Origin: Actinomycetota bacterium
GTDB taxonomy: Bacteria > Actinomycetota > Acidimicrobiia > Acidimicrobiales > JACCXE01
Direction of reading: 5' to 3'
Length of the DNA stretch: 64,000 nucleotides
Assembly (NCBI GenBank): GCA_041166405.1
Contig: JBEEFV010000008.1
Location: forward strand, 45,147 to 109,146
The notes beneath the pieces are model-generated. The model made no database searches. It was not told where the DNA came from and saw only the letters and a list, made by a program, of their open reading frames with translations. This document shows, piece by piece, positions 10,449 to 19,906 of the stretch (positions within the stretch are counted from its first letter, which is position 1; every line of letters begins with the position of its first letter). The position numbers and the translations under genes were made by a program.

Positions 10449-11593
10449 TTCAGGATCACTTTCATTTCTTTCGCTCCGCGCACCAACGTCGAGTGCGTCA
10501 TGACGGGTTCGTCGACTTCATAGTTCGGAAAGTGCCGCAGCAGGTGGTCGAACGCCAGACGCGCTTCGAGGCGAGCGAGCGACGCGCCGAGGCAGTTGTG
10601 CTCGCCGAAGCCGAACGCCAGATGCGTCGGCGACGTGGCGCGCCTCACGTCGAGCACACCCGCGGTCGGCCCGAACACCGACGCGTCGCGGTTCGCCGAC
10701 GCGTACAGCATCACGGCGAAGTCGCCCTTCGGGATCGTGGTCGCGCCGACCTCGACGTCAGACGTGGCCGTGCGGCCGAACGCTTGGATCGGCGTCACCC
10801 AGCGCAGCAGCTCCTCGACGGTCGCGTGCATGTCCGTGTCGACAGCAGCGGCGCGTTGCTCGGGATGCGTCGCCAGCGCGTGCGCGCCCATGGCGAGGAG
10901 ATGACGCGTCGTCTCGTTGCCGGCGACGAGCAGCGCCATGCAGAACATGAGCACTTCGTTTGTCGACAGGTCGGTGGCGGCGAGCATGGAGATGATGTCG
11001 TCGCCGGGCGTGGCGCGGCGTTCTTCGATCCGCGCGTGGATGAACCCGTAGAACTCGGTCGCGGACGCGACGTTGTCGGGCGTCGGCGCGTCTGACACGT
11101 CGATCATGGCGTCCGACCAGCGGTGGAAGTCGGCGAGTTCGGTGTCGCTGACGCCGAGAAGGTCGGCGATCACGAGCACAGGGATCGGCATGGCGACGTG
11201 CTCGACGAAGTCGATGTCCTCGCCGGCGGGCGCGCGGTCGAAAACGTCCTTGACGATTGTCGCGACTTTGTCTTCCATCGCACCCGTCGAGCGCGGCGTG
11301 AACTCGCGGCTCACGACCCGCCGGTATTCGGCGTGTTCGGGCGGGTCCATGTGCAGGATCGAACCTTCGGGCGCGCGGTGGCGACGCGCCGGGTCGTTGA
11401 TGAGGACGCCGCGGTTCGAGCTCCAGTGCGCGGTGTCGCGGCTGATGGTGCGGACGTCGTCGTAACGCGACACCAGCCAAGTATTCGGTTCGCTGTTGTA
11501 CACAGGAGCTTCCGCCCGCAGCCGGGCTAACACGTCGTAGTAGTCCGGCTGGTTGAAGAACCCCGCTTCGGTGATGCGGATGATGGCCGACAT
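10445..11593 (-). CDS. cytochrome P450
   Basis: Corresponds to the last 382 codons of ORF 10445..13099, starting MSAIIRITEAG. Heme-thiolate loop FGFGEHNCLGASLAR, I-helix LLVAGNETT, and EELLRW (ExxR). Confidence 0.9.
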   Translation of the reverse strand: MSAIIRITEAGFFNQPDYYDVLARLRAEAPVYNSEPNTWLVSRYDDVRTISRDTAHWSSNRGVLINDPARRHRAPEGSILHMDPPEHAEYRRVVSREFTPRSTGAMEDKVATIVKDVFDRAPAGEDIDFVEHVAMPIPVLVIADLLGVSDTELADFHRWSDAMIDVSDAPTPDNVASATEFYGFIHARIEERRATPGDDIISMLAATDLSTNEVLMFCMALLVAGNETTRHLLAMGAHALATHPEQRAAAVDTDMHATVEELLRWVTPIQAFGRTATSDVEVGATTIPKGDFAVMLYASANRDASVFGPTAGVLDVRRATSPTHLAFGFGEHNCLGASLARLEARLAFDHLLRHFPNYEVDEPVMTHSTLVRGAKEMKVILK

Positions 11594-11602
11594 ACTACGG
11601 AG

Positions 11603-12937
11603 ATGGCGCAGGTCACGGTCGGGCTCGACATCGGCACGACTTCGGTGAAGGCGGTGGCGGTCGACGAAGACGGAAACGTCGTCGCGCGCGCACGCGTCGT
11701 CCATGGCGTGCGCACTCCGAGCGCGGGGTACTTCGAGCACGACATCAACCACGCGTGGCGCGACAACGTCGTCGAGGCGTACGCGCAGGTGGCGCGCGAC
11801 CACGAGGTCGCGGCGCTGAACGTGGCCGCGATGGTGCCGTCGCTCGGCGCGGTCGACGCGGAGGGCCGCGGCCTCGGGCCGGGCCTGCTCTACGGCGACG
11901 TGCGCGGCGAACGCGTCGGCAACGACACGACGCAACCGGGCGACAGCGGCGAACTCCTCGCCTTCCTGGCGTGGCACGCGGCGCGCACGCCCGAGGCCGC
12001 CGGCTTCTGGCCGGCGCAGGCCACGGCCAACCACGCGCTGTGCGGCGTCGGCGCCATCGACTCGTCGACGGCGATGACCGCGCATCCACTCTTTGACTAC
12101 ACCGCGTGGGACGAGGCAAAGGCAAAGGAAGCGGGCGCACGGGTCGACCAATTGCCGCAGATCACGCCTGGCTACGCGCCGATCGGCGCCACGAGCGACG
12201 GCGCGCTCGTCGGCGCCGGAACGATCGACGCCTTCGGTGAGCAACTCGTCGCCGGCGCCGACGACACCGGCGACGTGCTCGTGCTGTGCGGCACGACGCT
12301 CATCACGTGGGGCGTGCTCGAACAAGAGGGCTACGTCGAGGGGCTCTGGACGATCCCGCACACAGCGCGGGGCAAGATGCTCATCGGCGGCCCCTCGAAC
12401 GCCGGCGGATTGTTCCTCGAACGCGTCAAGCGCTGGCTGCCCGGTGCCGACGCGTCGGCCGCCGATCCGTCGGACCTGCCGGTGTGGTTGCCCTACATCC
12501 GCGGCGAGCGCACTCCCCTGCACCGGCGCGACGTGCGCGCCTCGCTCCACGATGTCGCGCTGCACCACGGACCCGAGCATCTGTTGCGCGCCGCGTACGA
12601 AGCGAGCGCGTTCGTCGTGCGCCATCACGTCGATCTCGGCCGCGCCGCCGGCCTCGCTCCGACGCGCATCGTCGCCACCGGCGGGGGCACGCGCGACGCC
12701 ATGTGGATGCGCGCGCTCGCGGATTGCACGGGCTTGCCCGTCGACGTCGCTGCCAACGCCGAAGGCGGCGCCATCGGCGCGGCGTTCATGGCGCGCTGCG
12801 TCGCCGGCCTCGAGAAGTCGACGACGACCGCCGGCCGCTGGGCCCGCACCTCGCACACCGTGGAACCCGACGCGGCCGCCCACGAGGCGGCGGCGGCGCG
12901 CTACGAACGCTTCCGCGCGCTCACGTCTGCGCTGTAA
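11603..12937 (+). CDS. FGGY-family carbohydrate kinase (xylulokinase-like)
   Basis: N-terminal motif is VGLDIGTTSVKAVAVD. C-terminal FGGY segment is IVATGGGTRDAMWMRALADCTGLPV. Confidence 0.8.
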   Translation: MAQVTVGLDIGTTSVKAVAVDEDGNVVARARVVHGVRTPSAGYFEHDINHAWRDNVVEAYAQVARDHEVAALNVAAMVPSLGAVDAEGRGLGPGLLYGDVRGERVGNDTTQPGDSGELLAFLAWHAARTPEAAGFWPAQATANHALCGVGAIDSSTAMTAHPLFDYTAWDEAKAKEAGARVDQLPQITPGYAPIGATSDGALVGAGTIDAFGEQLVAGADDTGDVLVLCGTTLITWGVLEQEGYVEGLWTIPHTARGKMLIGGPSNAGGLFLERVKRWLPGADASAADPSDLPVWLPYIRGERTPLHRRDVRASLHDVALHHGPEHLLRAAYEASAFVVRHHVDLGRAAGLAPTRIVATGGGTRDAMWMRALADCTGLPVDVAANAEGGAIGAAFMARCVAGLEKSTTTAGRWARTSHTVEPDAAAHEAAAARYERFRALTSAL

Positions 12938-13682
12938 CGGCGCGCACTTGCGCGAGCCGCATGGCGGCGTATTCATCGGCGCCGGTTGGGTCCCAACACA
13001 CCGCCGCTTCCCATGCCGCGGTCGCCTGCCACGCAACGTCGTAAGCCTGGTCGTCCAGGCCCGCGGGATTCCCGGGCAGCGCGAGGTCGAGGTCCGCAAC
13101 GTCGACGTGCGACTCGTCCCAGTCGATCAGCGCGACGCGGTCCGCGGTCATGCGCACGTTGCCCGGATTCGGGTCACCGTGGACGACGCACGTGTCGCGT
13201 CCGACCAGCCGCGCCCACGCAGCGCGGCAGCGCGCCACCGCTTCGTCCGGCATTTCGCGGAGGTCGATCTTCGTGCCGGTTTCGGCGTGCAGGAGTTCCG
13301 TGGACGACCGCCAGCCCGGGCGTTGCGGCCAGCCGTGCGTCAAGCGATGGAGTTCGCCGAGCGTGTCGGCGACGCGGCGCCAGTCGGCCGCGTTCTCGGG
13401 CGGTCCACCGTCGACGTACTTCATCACCACGACGCCGTCGGCGAAGAGCCGGCCGTCCGTCGTCGGGATCGGCGCCGGGACGGTCAAGCCTGCGCTGTCG
13501 AGGTGGTGAAGCAGTGCGGTCTCCCACGCCAGATCGGCGTCGCTGCGCGCCCCTCGCCGGGCGACGGCAACTTGCCCGTGCACGCGGACGCTCCACACGT
13601 CATTGGCGACTCCACCGGCAAGCCGCTCGACCAGCGCCGCGTCGTCACCCCAATGCGCGAGCGCGTCCCATTCGCCAGTCAT
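12921..13682 (-). CDS. aminoglycoside/choline-kinase-like phosphotransferase (APH family)
   Basis: Catalytic loop VVHGDPNPGNVRM and metal-binding segment ALIDWDES. Confidence 0.7.
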   Translation of the reverse strand: MTGEWDALAHWGDDAALVERLAGGVANDVWSVRVHGQVAVARRGARSDADLAWETALLHHLDSAGLTVPAPIPTTDGRLFADGVVVMKYVDGGPPENAADWRRVADTLGELHRLTHGWPQRPGWRSSTELLHAETGTKIDLREMPDEAVARCRAAWARLVGRDTCVVHGDPNPGNVRMTADRVALIDWDESHVDVADLDLALPGNPAGLDDQAYDVAWQATAAWEAAVCWDPTGADEYAAMRLAQVRAVTAQT

Positions 13683-14506
13683 CGATAGGCGGCGATCCGG
13701 CGAGTCGCGGCGGCGAGCGTGGGGTCTTCGCCCGGCGCGAACATCGGTTTGGGCGACAGCAACGCGATCTTGGTCGAGATGGCGCTGGCGCGCACCAACG
13801 CGAAGATTTCGTACCAGTCGAATCCCTCGGCGCTACAGCCGAACCGAGCCAACGCCTCGGCGCGGGTACCGAATCCGGGCACCGAGAGTCCGGTGAGATC
13901 CTGGCCGACCTGGTCGAGCGCCGTCACCCACGCGATGTCCATCTCGCGGGGGCCGGCGCTGACCATGTCCCAGTCGAGAACGGCCTTCGGCGTGAGCGTG
14001 TCTTCGTCGTAGACGATGTTGCCGAAGCGCACGTCGCCCCACAGCAACACCGGTTCGGGCTCGGTGGCCAGCGGTGCGTGGGCGCGGCACCACGCGAGCG
14101 CGTCGCGGAGGGCGGCGGGCGCGTCGCCCATCCAGTCGACGTAGTCGGCCCAGTAGTCGAGTTCGGCTGCGAGCCCGATCCGCACGCCGTCCACGATCGG
14201 CTCGCGGTGGATCGCGGCGATCACGTCGATGGTCGACTCCCACACGCGCCGACGCGCTGCGTCGTCCGGCAGCGACTTCAGCCACGGGTCGAGCGGGGTG
14301 AAGTCGTTGGGGATCGCGCCGGCGACAAAGGGCATACGCATCGCGCCGTCTTCGAATGTCGCCGGCCGCGGCGTTGGAACGTCGCGCAACGCGTTGATCA
14401 CGCGGGTCTGTAGCTCGAGGTCGTAGACGGGAAAGATTCCCCCGTCGCGGCGCGGCCGGCGCAGGACGGTGTCGCCGTCGATCTCGATCTCGCAGGAGTG
14501 GCTCAC
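13679..14506 (-). CDS. phosphotransferase-family (APH-like) protein
   Basis: The GTG at 14506 forms a GTGA overlap with the upstream stop. Motifs are LLWGDVRFGNIVY and AVLDWDM. ATGA overlap with the next gene at 13679-13682. The N-lobe looks short, so the start is uncertain. Confidence 0.6.
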   Translation of the reverse strand: MSHSCEIEIDGDTVLRRPRRDGGIFPVYDLELQTRVINALRDVPTPRPATFEDGAMRMPFVAGAIPNDFTPLDPWLKSLPDDAARRRVWESTIDVIAAIHREPIVDGVRIGLAAELDYWADYVDWMGDAPAALRDALAWCRAHAPLATEPEPVLLWGDVRFGNIVYDEDTLTPKAVLDWDMVSAGPREMDIAWVTALDQVGQDLTGLSVPGFGTRAEALARFGCSAEGFDWYEIFALVRASAISTKIALLSPKPMFAPGEDPTLAAATRRIAAYR

Positions 14507-15573
14507 ATGAAGCTCGCGTCTTCGGTGAGGCCGGCGTCGGGATGCGGGCCCGAGAAGATGGTCTGCATGTTGCCGACACCTACGGCGCCGCCGACTGGGT
14601 CCTCGACGCGCACGAGGTTGTCGCGAATCTGGTGGATGCGGCGCGCCGTCGCCGGGTCGGTGCAATCCGCGATGTGCTCGCCGTCGACGTGCAACTCGCC
14701 GCGGTCCTCACCGTGCCAGTGGCCGTCGAAGCCGAAGTAGAGGCCCGTGCCGAGGTGGAACCCGGTGTCACCGAGTGCGGTAACGGTGAGCGGCCGCGCC
14801 GACCCGTCGGTCATCGTCGCGTGCAGAACCGCTCCGCGGAGCCGGCGCGTTGGGTCGTCGACCTCGTAGGTCGGCACCAGCGAGGCGAACGCCTCGCGCG
14901 TGCCGTCGCCGTGTTCGATGCCACCCATCAGCTCGGCGCGATCGAAGTCACCCATCGCGTGGCGTTGGTAGAAGACGTGGATGCCGTAACCCTGCATCAG
15001 GATCGGCGACCAGATCACCGTGCTCGTCACATTCGCCATATGAGGCGTCTCGTTTTCGGGCTTGCCCACCATCCGGCGGTTGCCCCACGAGTGGTCCCGC
15101 GTCGACACCGAGTTGGCGCCGGTCAACTCGTGGCGCACGCCGTCGACGGCGATCCACCCTTCGGCCGTGCCGATGTGGTGGTAGCGCGTCAAGCCCTTCT
15201 CGAAGCTCGACGCGTCTTCGCGCGCGGCGGGCACCGCGCCACGAAAGATCCATTCGAAACTGATCGGCACCACGTCGTTCTCGGCGAGCGCGAACCGCAC
15301 CGTGTGTAACGGGTCCAGCACTTCGTACGTGATCGGACCGACCGACAACCGATCGTCACCCGACAGTCGCCGCGACGCGCGCACCGTCCACTGTTCCTTG
15401 CCGCGCGACACGCCGGCGTACGCGTCGAGCACGTTGCGGTTGGCGTACTTGCCCATCCCGAACGCCGCCTGAATCGAGCCGTCCGCCAGCGCCGCCATCG
15501 CGCACACCTTCTCGGTCCACGACGGGTCGTCCGTGCTCGGGTGGTCGAACGCCTCGTCGGCAGGAAGCAACAC
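14503..15573 (-). CDS. conserved hypothetical protein, possibly CrtC/AttH-like lipocalin fold
   Basis: Corresponds to the last 356 codons of ORF 14503..16041; GTG at 15573. The DHSWGNRR segment resembles the DHxWG motif of CrtC/AttH-like proteins, recalled from memory. The upstream part of the ORF is translated DNA repeat. Confidence 0.45.
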   Translation of the reverse strand: MLLPADEAFDHPSTDDPSWTEKVCAMAALADGSIQAAFGMGKYANRNVLDAYAGVSRGKEQWTVRASRRLSGDDRLSVGPITYEVLDPLHTVRFALAENDVVPISFEWIFRGAVPAAREDASSFEKGLTRYHHIGTAEGWIAVDGVRHELTGANSVSTRDHSWGNRRMVGKPENETPHMANVTSTVIWSPILMQGYGIHVFYQRHAMGDFDRAELMGGIEHGDGTREAFASLVPTYEVDDPTRRLRGAVLHATMTDGSARPLTVTALGDTGFHLGTGLYFGFDGHWHGEDRGELHVDGEHIADCTDPATARRIHQIRDNLVRVEDPVGGAVGVGNMQTIFSGPHPDAGLTEDASFM

Positions 15574-15611
15574 GACGGCCGAGCCTACGGTCGGCGCGTT
15601 GGCGCCGCCGT

Positions 15612-15995
15612 CGCCGTCGGCGTCAGAGCGAAAACGCGACGGGCGCCCGCGTCGGCGCGCCATCGCCGTGGCGGCGTCCGTCGGCGTCAGAGCGAACCCG
15701 CGACGGGGCGCCCGCACTCGGCGCGGCGCCGCCGTGTCCGTCGGCGTCAGAGCGAAAACGGGGCGCGTGCCCGCGCTCGGCGCGCCCATCGCGGTGGCGC
15801 CGCACTGTCCGTCGGCGTCAGAGCGAAAACGCCGCGAGCGTTTGCGGGCGCCGGCACGCCTGCGAGAGCAATTCGCTCTGACGCCGACTGGGAGTGACCG
15901 GCCGATGTTTTTGGAGCCGAGGACGAGCGCCGTCAATCGGGTCGAAATTGGCGCGGGGCGCGGCGCCCGAATCCCCAATTCGCTCTGACGCCGAC
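15612..15995. repeat. array of a 17-nt core GTCGGCGTCAGAGCGAA: 4 direct and 2 inverted copies embedded in roughly 60-70-bp related units
   Basis: Exact core copies lie at 15616-15632, 15680-15696, 15740-15756 and 15811-15827 (direct), and at 15872-15888 and 15979-15995 (inverted). The flanking unit sequence is similar between copies. The array sits in the largest non-coding gap of the window (15574-16037). Confidence 0.85.
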
Positions 15996-16037
15996 GGGCA
16001 GCGACTTGCCAACCGTTGGAGCGGACGAGCGGCGCCG

Positions 16038-16382
16038 TCATTCGAGGTCGTCGTTGGCGCCCGCCGCAGCGTCACTGCGTTGCTGGCGGCGTGGGACGGT
16101 GTCGCCGGCGGCGTACGCGGCGACACGCTCGCGCATGTAGATCAACGTCGTGCGCGGCACGCGGCCCGCCTTGTATTTCCCGCGACCAGCTCGATGGACG
16201 CGGCCTTTGCGAACCTCCCAGCGCAGCGCGTCCGACAACGTCTTGTGGGGCGCACGGCCGAGCGGGATCCCCATCGCGGCGAGGGCCGCCGCCAGTTCCG
16301 TCAGCGTCAGCGGGGCGCCGTCGGCCACGGCAAGCGCAACCACCGCCGCAGCCCGCACGCGATAACCGAGGAACTTGTTCAC
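16038..16382 (-). CDS. hypothetical small basic protein, possibly winged-helix DNA binding
   Basis: 114-aa ORF with GC3-rich codons and the segment LTLTELAAALAAMGIPLGRAPHKTLSDALRWEVRKGRV. No family recognised. Confidence 0.4.
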   Translation of the reverse strand: MNKFLGYRVRAAAVVALAVADGAPLTLTELAAALAAMGIPLGRAPHKTLSDALRWEVRKGRVHRAGRGKYKAGRVPRTTLIYMRERVAAYAAGDTVPRRQQRSDAAAGANDDLE

Positions 16383-16412
16383 CCGCCGCAGTATGGCGAC
16401 GGGGTGTTGCGC

Positions 16413-16862
16413 TCAGAACAAGTACTCGAAGTGCTGCACTTCGAACAGCAACGGGAGCCGGTAGCCGACGTAGAACGAGTGCAAGTTGAGCGCGCCCACG
16501 TACTCCTCGACCTTCGACTCGATCAGGTGCACGGCGTCGGGCTCCTTCTGCTTCCACGCACGCGCGCGTTCGAGGACCGCATTGAAATCGTCGACGGACG
16601 ACACCGACATGCCCACGTGGTCGAGGCGCGGCGCCCGCATCGGATCGTCTTCGGCGATGAGGAACACGAACTGCTCGTGGTGGTGGGCGCGCAGCACAAG
16701 CTGCTTGCGATCCTTCGTGAGGTCTTCGTACTCCTCGAAGCCGAACACGTCGCCGTAGAACTCCTTGATGGCGTCGCGTCCTTCGGCGTCGAGACTGTCG
16801 GCGGGCACCGACATCGCGATGTGGTTGAAGCGCGGCGGCTTCGTGAACGCAGGACCGGTCAT
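16413..16862 (-). CDS. VOC (glyoxalase/bleomycin resistance/dioxygenase) family protein
   Basis: Start is MTGPAFTKPPRFNHIAMSV, inside ORF 16413..17579, with a second half-site LDHVGMSV. ATGA overlap with the upstream ADH at 16859-16862. Confidence 0.75.
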   Translation of the reverse strand: MTGPAFTKPPRFNHIAMSVPADSLDAEGRDAIKEFYGDVFGFEEYEDLTKDRKQLVLRAHHHEQFVFLIAEDDPMRAPRLDHVGMSVSSVDDFNAVLERARAWKQKEPDAVHLIESKVEEYVGALNLHSFYVGYRLPLLFEVQHFEYLF

Positions 16863-17881
16863 GGCTTTACCAACACCTTTCCGGCGATGCGGCCTTCGGC
16901 GAGGCCCTTCATCGCGTCGAGTAGTTCGTCGAGGCTGACGTGCCCCGGTTCGAGGAGCGCGTCGATCGGCATTTGCCCCGACGCCAGCAACTGGAGCGCC
17001 CGTTCGAAGCCGTCGCGGTCGTAGGTGAACGCTCCCGTGATGTTGACCTCGTTCAGCAGGATGCGGTTGGGATCGAACTTCGGCTGTGCCATCCCGGCGC
17101 CCACGAGCACGAGCCACCCGGCGCGCTTGAGTTGCGCCAACCCGGCCTCCATGGCCCGCCCGTGACCTGAGCACTCGAGCACGACGTCGACCGCTCCGTC
17201 GACGACCAGTCCGGGCTCGGCGATCGACGGAACGACCAACTCGTCGGGTGTGACCACGCGCGTGGCGCCGACCGCCGCCGCGATCTCGCGCCGGATGGGC
17301 GACGGCTCGCTGCACGTGACGTCGTCGACGCCCTGCGCCCGCAACGCGGCGATCGTCAAGGCGCCGATCGGACCCGCACCCATCACCATCACGGACGCGC
17401 CCGGCGTCACCTTGCCCTGGGTGATGCCGTGCAGCGCGACCGCCAGCGGTTCCGCGAGAGCAGCGGCACGCGGATCGAGCCCGTCGGGCATCGGCAGGAC
17501 TTCGGTCGCCCGCGTCTTCTTGTAGGTGGCGAATCCGCCCTGCTCGGGGACGGTCCCCGGCGTGTCGCGCGCGGCGCACAGCGACGGCCGCCCGGCGCGG
17601 CAGGCGTCACACTCGCCACAGCGCACCGTCGGCCCGCCGACCACGACGTCGCCGACCTTCCATTGCGTCACCGCGCTGCCGACCGCCGCGATCGTGCCGA
17701 CCCACTCGTGGCCTTCCCACGTCCCTTTGCGGCCCCAGCCGTCGAGCACCATGTGCAGATCGCTGCCGCACACTCCGCACAAGTCGACTGCGACAAGAAC
17801 GTCGTCGTCGCCCACCTCGGGCGTCGGTACTTCTTCGACGGACAACTTGCCCGGGCCTCCACCGAGAACTGCGGCTTTCAT
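16859..17881 (-). CDS. zinc-dependent alcohol dehydrogenase (MDR family)
   Basis: Start is MKAAVLGG. Motifs are GVCGSDLH, GHEWVGTI, the structural zinc segment CGECDACRAGRPSLC, and GAGPIG. ATGA overlap at 17878-17881. Confidence 0.85.
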   Translation of the reverse strand: MKAAVLGGGPGKLSVEEVPTPEVGDDDVLVAVDLCGVCGSDLHMVLDGWGRKGTWEGHEWVGTIAAVGSAVTQWKVGDVVVGGPTVRCGECDACRAGRPSLCAARDTPGTVPEQGGFATYKKTRATEVLPMPDGLDPRAAALAEPLAVALHGITQGKVTPGASVMVMGAGPIGALTIAALRAQGVDDVTCSEPSPIRREIAAAVGATRVVTPDELVVPSIAEPGLVVDGAVDVVLECSGHGRAMEAGLAQLKRAGWLVLVGAGMAQPKFDPNRILLNEVNITGAFTYDRDGFERALQLLASGQMPIDALLEPGHVSLDELLDAMKGLAEGRIAGKVLVKP

Positions 17882-19497
17882 GACACCAACTTTGTCGCGG
17901 CGCGGTGGGCCAGCGCGGCAAGAGTGAGCGTCGGGTTGTAACCGGCCGAGGTCACGAACACCGACGAGTCGCAGACGTACACGTTGTCGACGTCCCACAG
18001 ATGCTGGTCGGGCGACACCACCGAAACCCGCGGATCGGTACCCATGCGCGCCGTACCCATGACGTGACGCGACTCCGGCGGCTCGTCACCGCGCGGCGAG
18101 GTCGCCGAGAACGCCGCCGTCGCGCCCGCGTCTTTCATCACGCGCTCGTGCAATTCGGCCGCGTATGCCGACGCGACGAGTTCGTGCTGATGCGGCACGT
18201 ACGTCACGCGGCCCGCCGGGAATCCCCACGCGTCGCGCACACTCGAGTCGAGTTCGACGCGATTCGTCGCCTGCGGCAAATCCTCGCCCTGCATCGTGAA
18301 CGCCCACAGCCGACGGCGCAGCGCGCTGTCCTGCATCGACGGGAGATGATGTTCGCCGCGGCCGTAGTTCAACGCCTCGCTGATCGGGTGCTGACCCGCT
18401 CCGTGCTCAGTGGTGCCGCCGCGCACCCACGCCAGACCGGCGTCGGCGGCGACCTTGCGCAGTTCCGGTGTGTCGATCATCAGGTCGTCGTGCAGATGCG
18501 TGACGGAGCGGCCGCGCTCGCCGCCGGTGTCGACGTCGAAGATGCCGACGGTGAACGTCTGGTAGTGGTACGTGAGATAGCGGCCGACGTTGTCGCCGCC
18601 GAGGCCGTTGCGCAGCAGCAGACGCGGCGTCTCGAACGCGCCGCCGGCGACGACGACGACGCGCGCCGTCACCTCCACCACCGCCGGATCGGGGTACTCC
18701 GTCAAATCCAGGTACCGCACGCCCGTCGCCTTCTTGCCGCTCCCGTCGCGCACGATCTCGGTGACGTAGGCGTCGCTGCGCAGATCGAGCCGTCCCGTCT
18801 GCAGCGAGCGCTGCAACGCAGAGATCGGATCGCCCTTGGCGTGGATCGGACAGCCGTAACCGCCGCAGTAGCCGCAGTCGACGCACGGCGGCCGCCCGTC
18901 GTAGTCGACGGAGTTCACGCCGGTCGGTGCGCGATACGGGTGCAGTCCGAGACGCGACGCCGCGGCGCCCGACACGAGCGCGAACGGCATGTCGTCGCCC
19001 GGTGGCATCGGGAACGGATCACGGCGCGGCGCCGCGAACGGGTTCGTCGCTTCCCCGGCGACGCCCAACGACTTCTCGACGGCCGCGTAGTGCGGTTCGA
19101 GCTCGTCGTATCCGAACGGCCAGTCCTCGACCAACGCGCCGTCGATGGCGCCCCGCGCCGAACGCAGCGCGAAGTCCTCTTCACGAAAGCGCGGCAGCTT
19201 GGCGTCGGCGTGCACGCCACCGCCGCCAACGGTCGACGGCAGGTTGTTCACCTCGCCGACCGTGTCGCGGTACACACGTGGTTCGAGCATGGGGTCCGGG
19301 CCCAACAGGAAACGACGCGTCTGCGCGATCTCGTCGTTGGTGAAGTGGCGACGGAACTCGTACGGCGCGGCGGTGTCGATCAGGTGATTGCGCCCCTTCT
19401 CGAGCATCACCACCGACCACCCCGCCGCGGTCAACACTTCCGCGGTCGTGGCGCCGCCGGGGCCCGAGCCGATGACGACGGCGTCGCAATCAGTCAT
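17878..19497 (-). CDS. GMC-family FAD-dependent oxidoreductase
   Basis: Start is MTDCDAVVIGSGPGGA (FAD GxGxxG), inside ORF 17878..19542. C-terminal GMC segment is HVMGTARMG...VCDSSVFVTSAGYNPTLT. Confidence 0.85.
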   Translation of the reverse strand: MTDCDAVVIGSGPGGATTAEVLTAAGWSVVMLEKGRNHLIDTAAPYEFRRHFTNDEIAQTRRFLLGPDPMLEPRVYRDTVGEVNNLPSTVGGGGVHADAKLPRFREEDFALRSARGAIDGALVEDWPFGYDELEPHYAAVEKSLGVAGEATNPFAAPRRDPFPMPPGDDMPFALVSGAAASRLGLHPYRAPTGVNSVDYDGRPPCVDCGYCGGYGCPIHAKGDPISALQRSLQTGRLDLRSDAYVTEIVRDGSGKKATGVRYLDLTEYPDPAVVEVTARVVVVAGGAFETPRLLLRNGLGGDNVGRYLTYHYQTFTVGIFDVDTGGERGRSVTHLHDDLMIDTPELRKVAADAGLAWVRGGTTEHGAGQHPISEALNYGRGEHHLPSMQDSALRRRLWAFTMQGEDLPQATNRVELDSSVRDAWGFPAGRVTYVPHQHELVASAYAAELHERVMKDAGATAAFSATSPRGDEPPESRHVMGTARMGTDPRVSVVSPDQHLWDVDNVYVCDSSVFVTSAGYNPTLTLAALAHRAATKLVS

Positions 19498-19906
19498 GGG
19501 GCGGAAACATCGGTGCGGGAAAGTTGATCCGCTGCCAACCACCTTGATCGTGGTTGCCGCCGTAGACGGGATCGCCGTAGGTCGCCTCGCACGCGTGCGC
19601 GAACAGCACCCGTCCGTCGCCCGGCGCGTGCTCGCGCCGAGTCACCCGGTCGTAGACCTCTCGCCACGCCGCGATGCGCTCGCGCCACGCGTGCTCCTCC
19701 CACGGACCCAGTTCCAACCACCCGGACGGGCCCGCCCAGATGCGCGGCGGGTCGTAGGTGAACGCAGTCAGCAACCCTTCGACGTAGTCCACAGCACCCA
19801 ATTCGGACGCACCGGGCACAAGGTCGTCGAGCGCGGCAGCAACCGCGTTACGTTCATCGGAGTTCCACAAGCCCGCCAAGTTCCCTAGATTTCCCGCAGC
19901 TAACAT
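19490..19906 (-). CDS. gluconate 2-dehydrogenase subunit 3-like small subunit
   Basis: Lies directly upstream of the GMC gene and overlaps it by 8 nt. Family-like segment is TYGDPVYGGNHDQGGW. The ATG at 19906 was chosen; a TTG at 19915 is also possible. No twin-arginine signal is visible. Confidence 0.6.
   Translation of the reverse strand: MLAAGNLGNLAGLWNSDERNAVAAALDDLVPGASELGAVDYVEGLLTAFTYDPPRIWAGPSGWLELGPWEEHAWRERIAAWREVYDRVTRREHAPGDGRVLFAHACEATYGDPVYGGNHDQGGWQRINFPAPMFPPHD

Noticed and set aside
11594-13099. The upstream 502 codons of the 884-aa ORF 10445..13099.
   Set aside because: This part is antisense to the well-supported FGGY kinase and APH genes and is low-complexity Arg/Ala-rich. 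The P450 domain starts cleanly at MSAIIRITE (11593).
15612-15830. Possible small CRISPR array: a roughly 24-nt repeat GTCCGTCGGCGTCAGAGCGAAAAC with spacers of about 36-47 nt.
   Set aside because: There are only four direct copies. The would-be spacers are similar to one another, so this is a tandem unit rather than unique spacers. Two further copies are inverted. No cas genes occur anywhere in the window.
15574-16041. N-terminal extension of the 512-aa ORF 14503..16041, with repeated peptide motifs (FRSDADG, FALTPTD).
   Set aside because: The repeated peptides are simply translations of the DNA repeat in its two orientations. The composition is Arg/Ala/Pro-rich junk, and a plausible GTG start exists at 15573.
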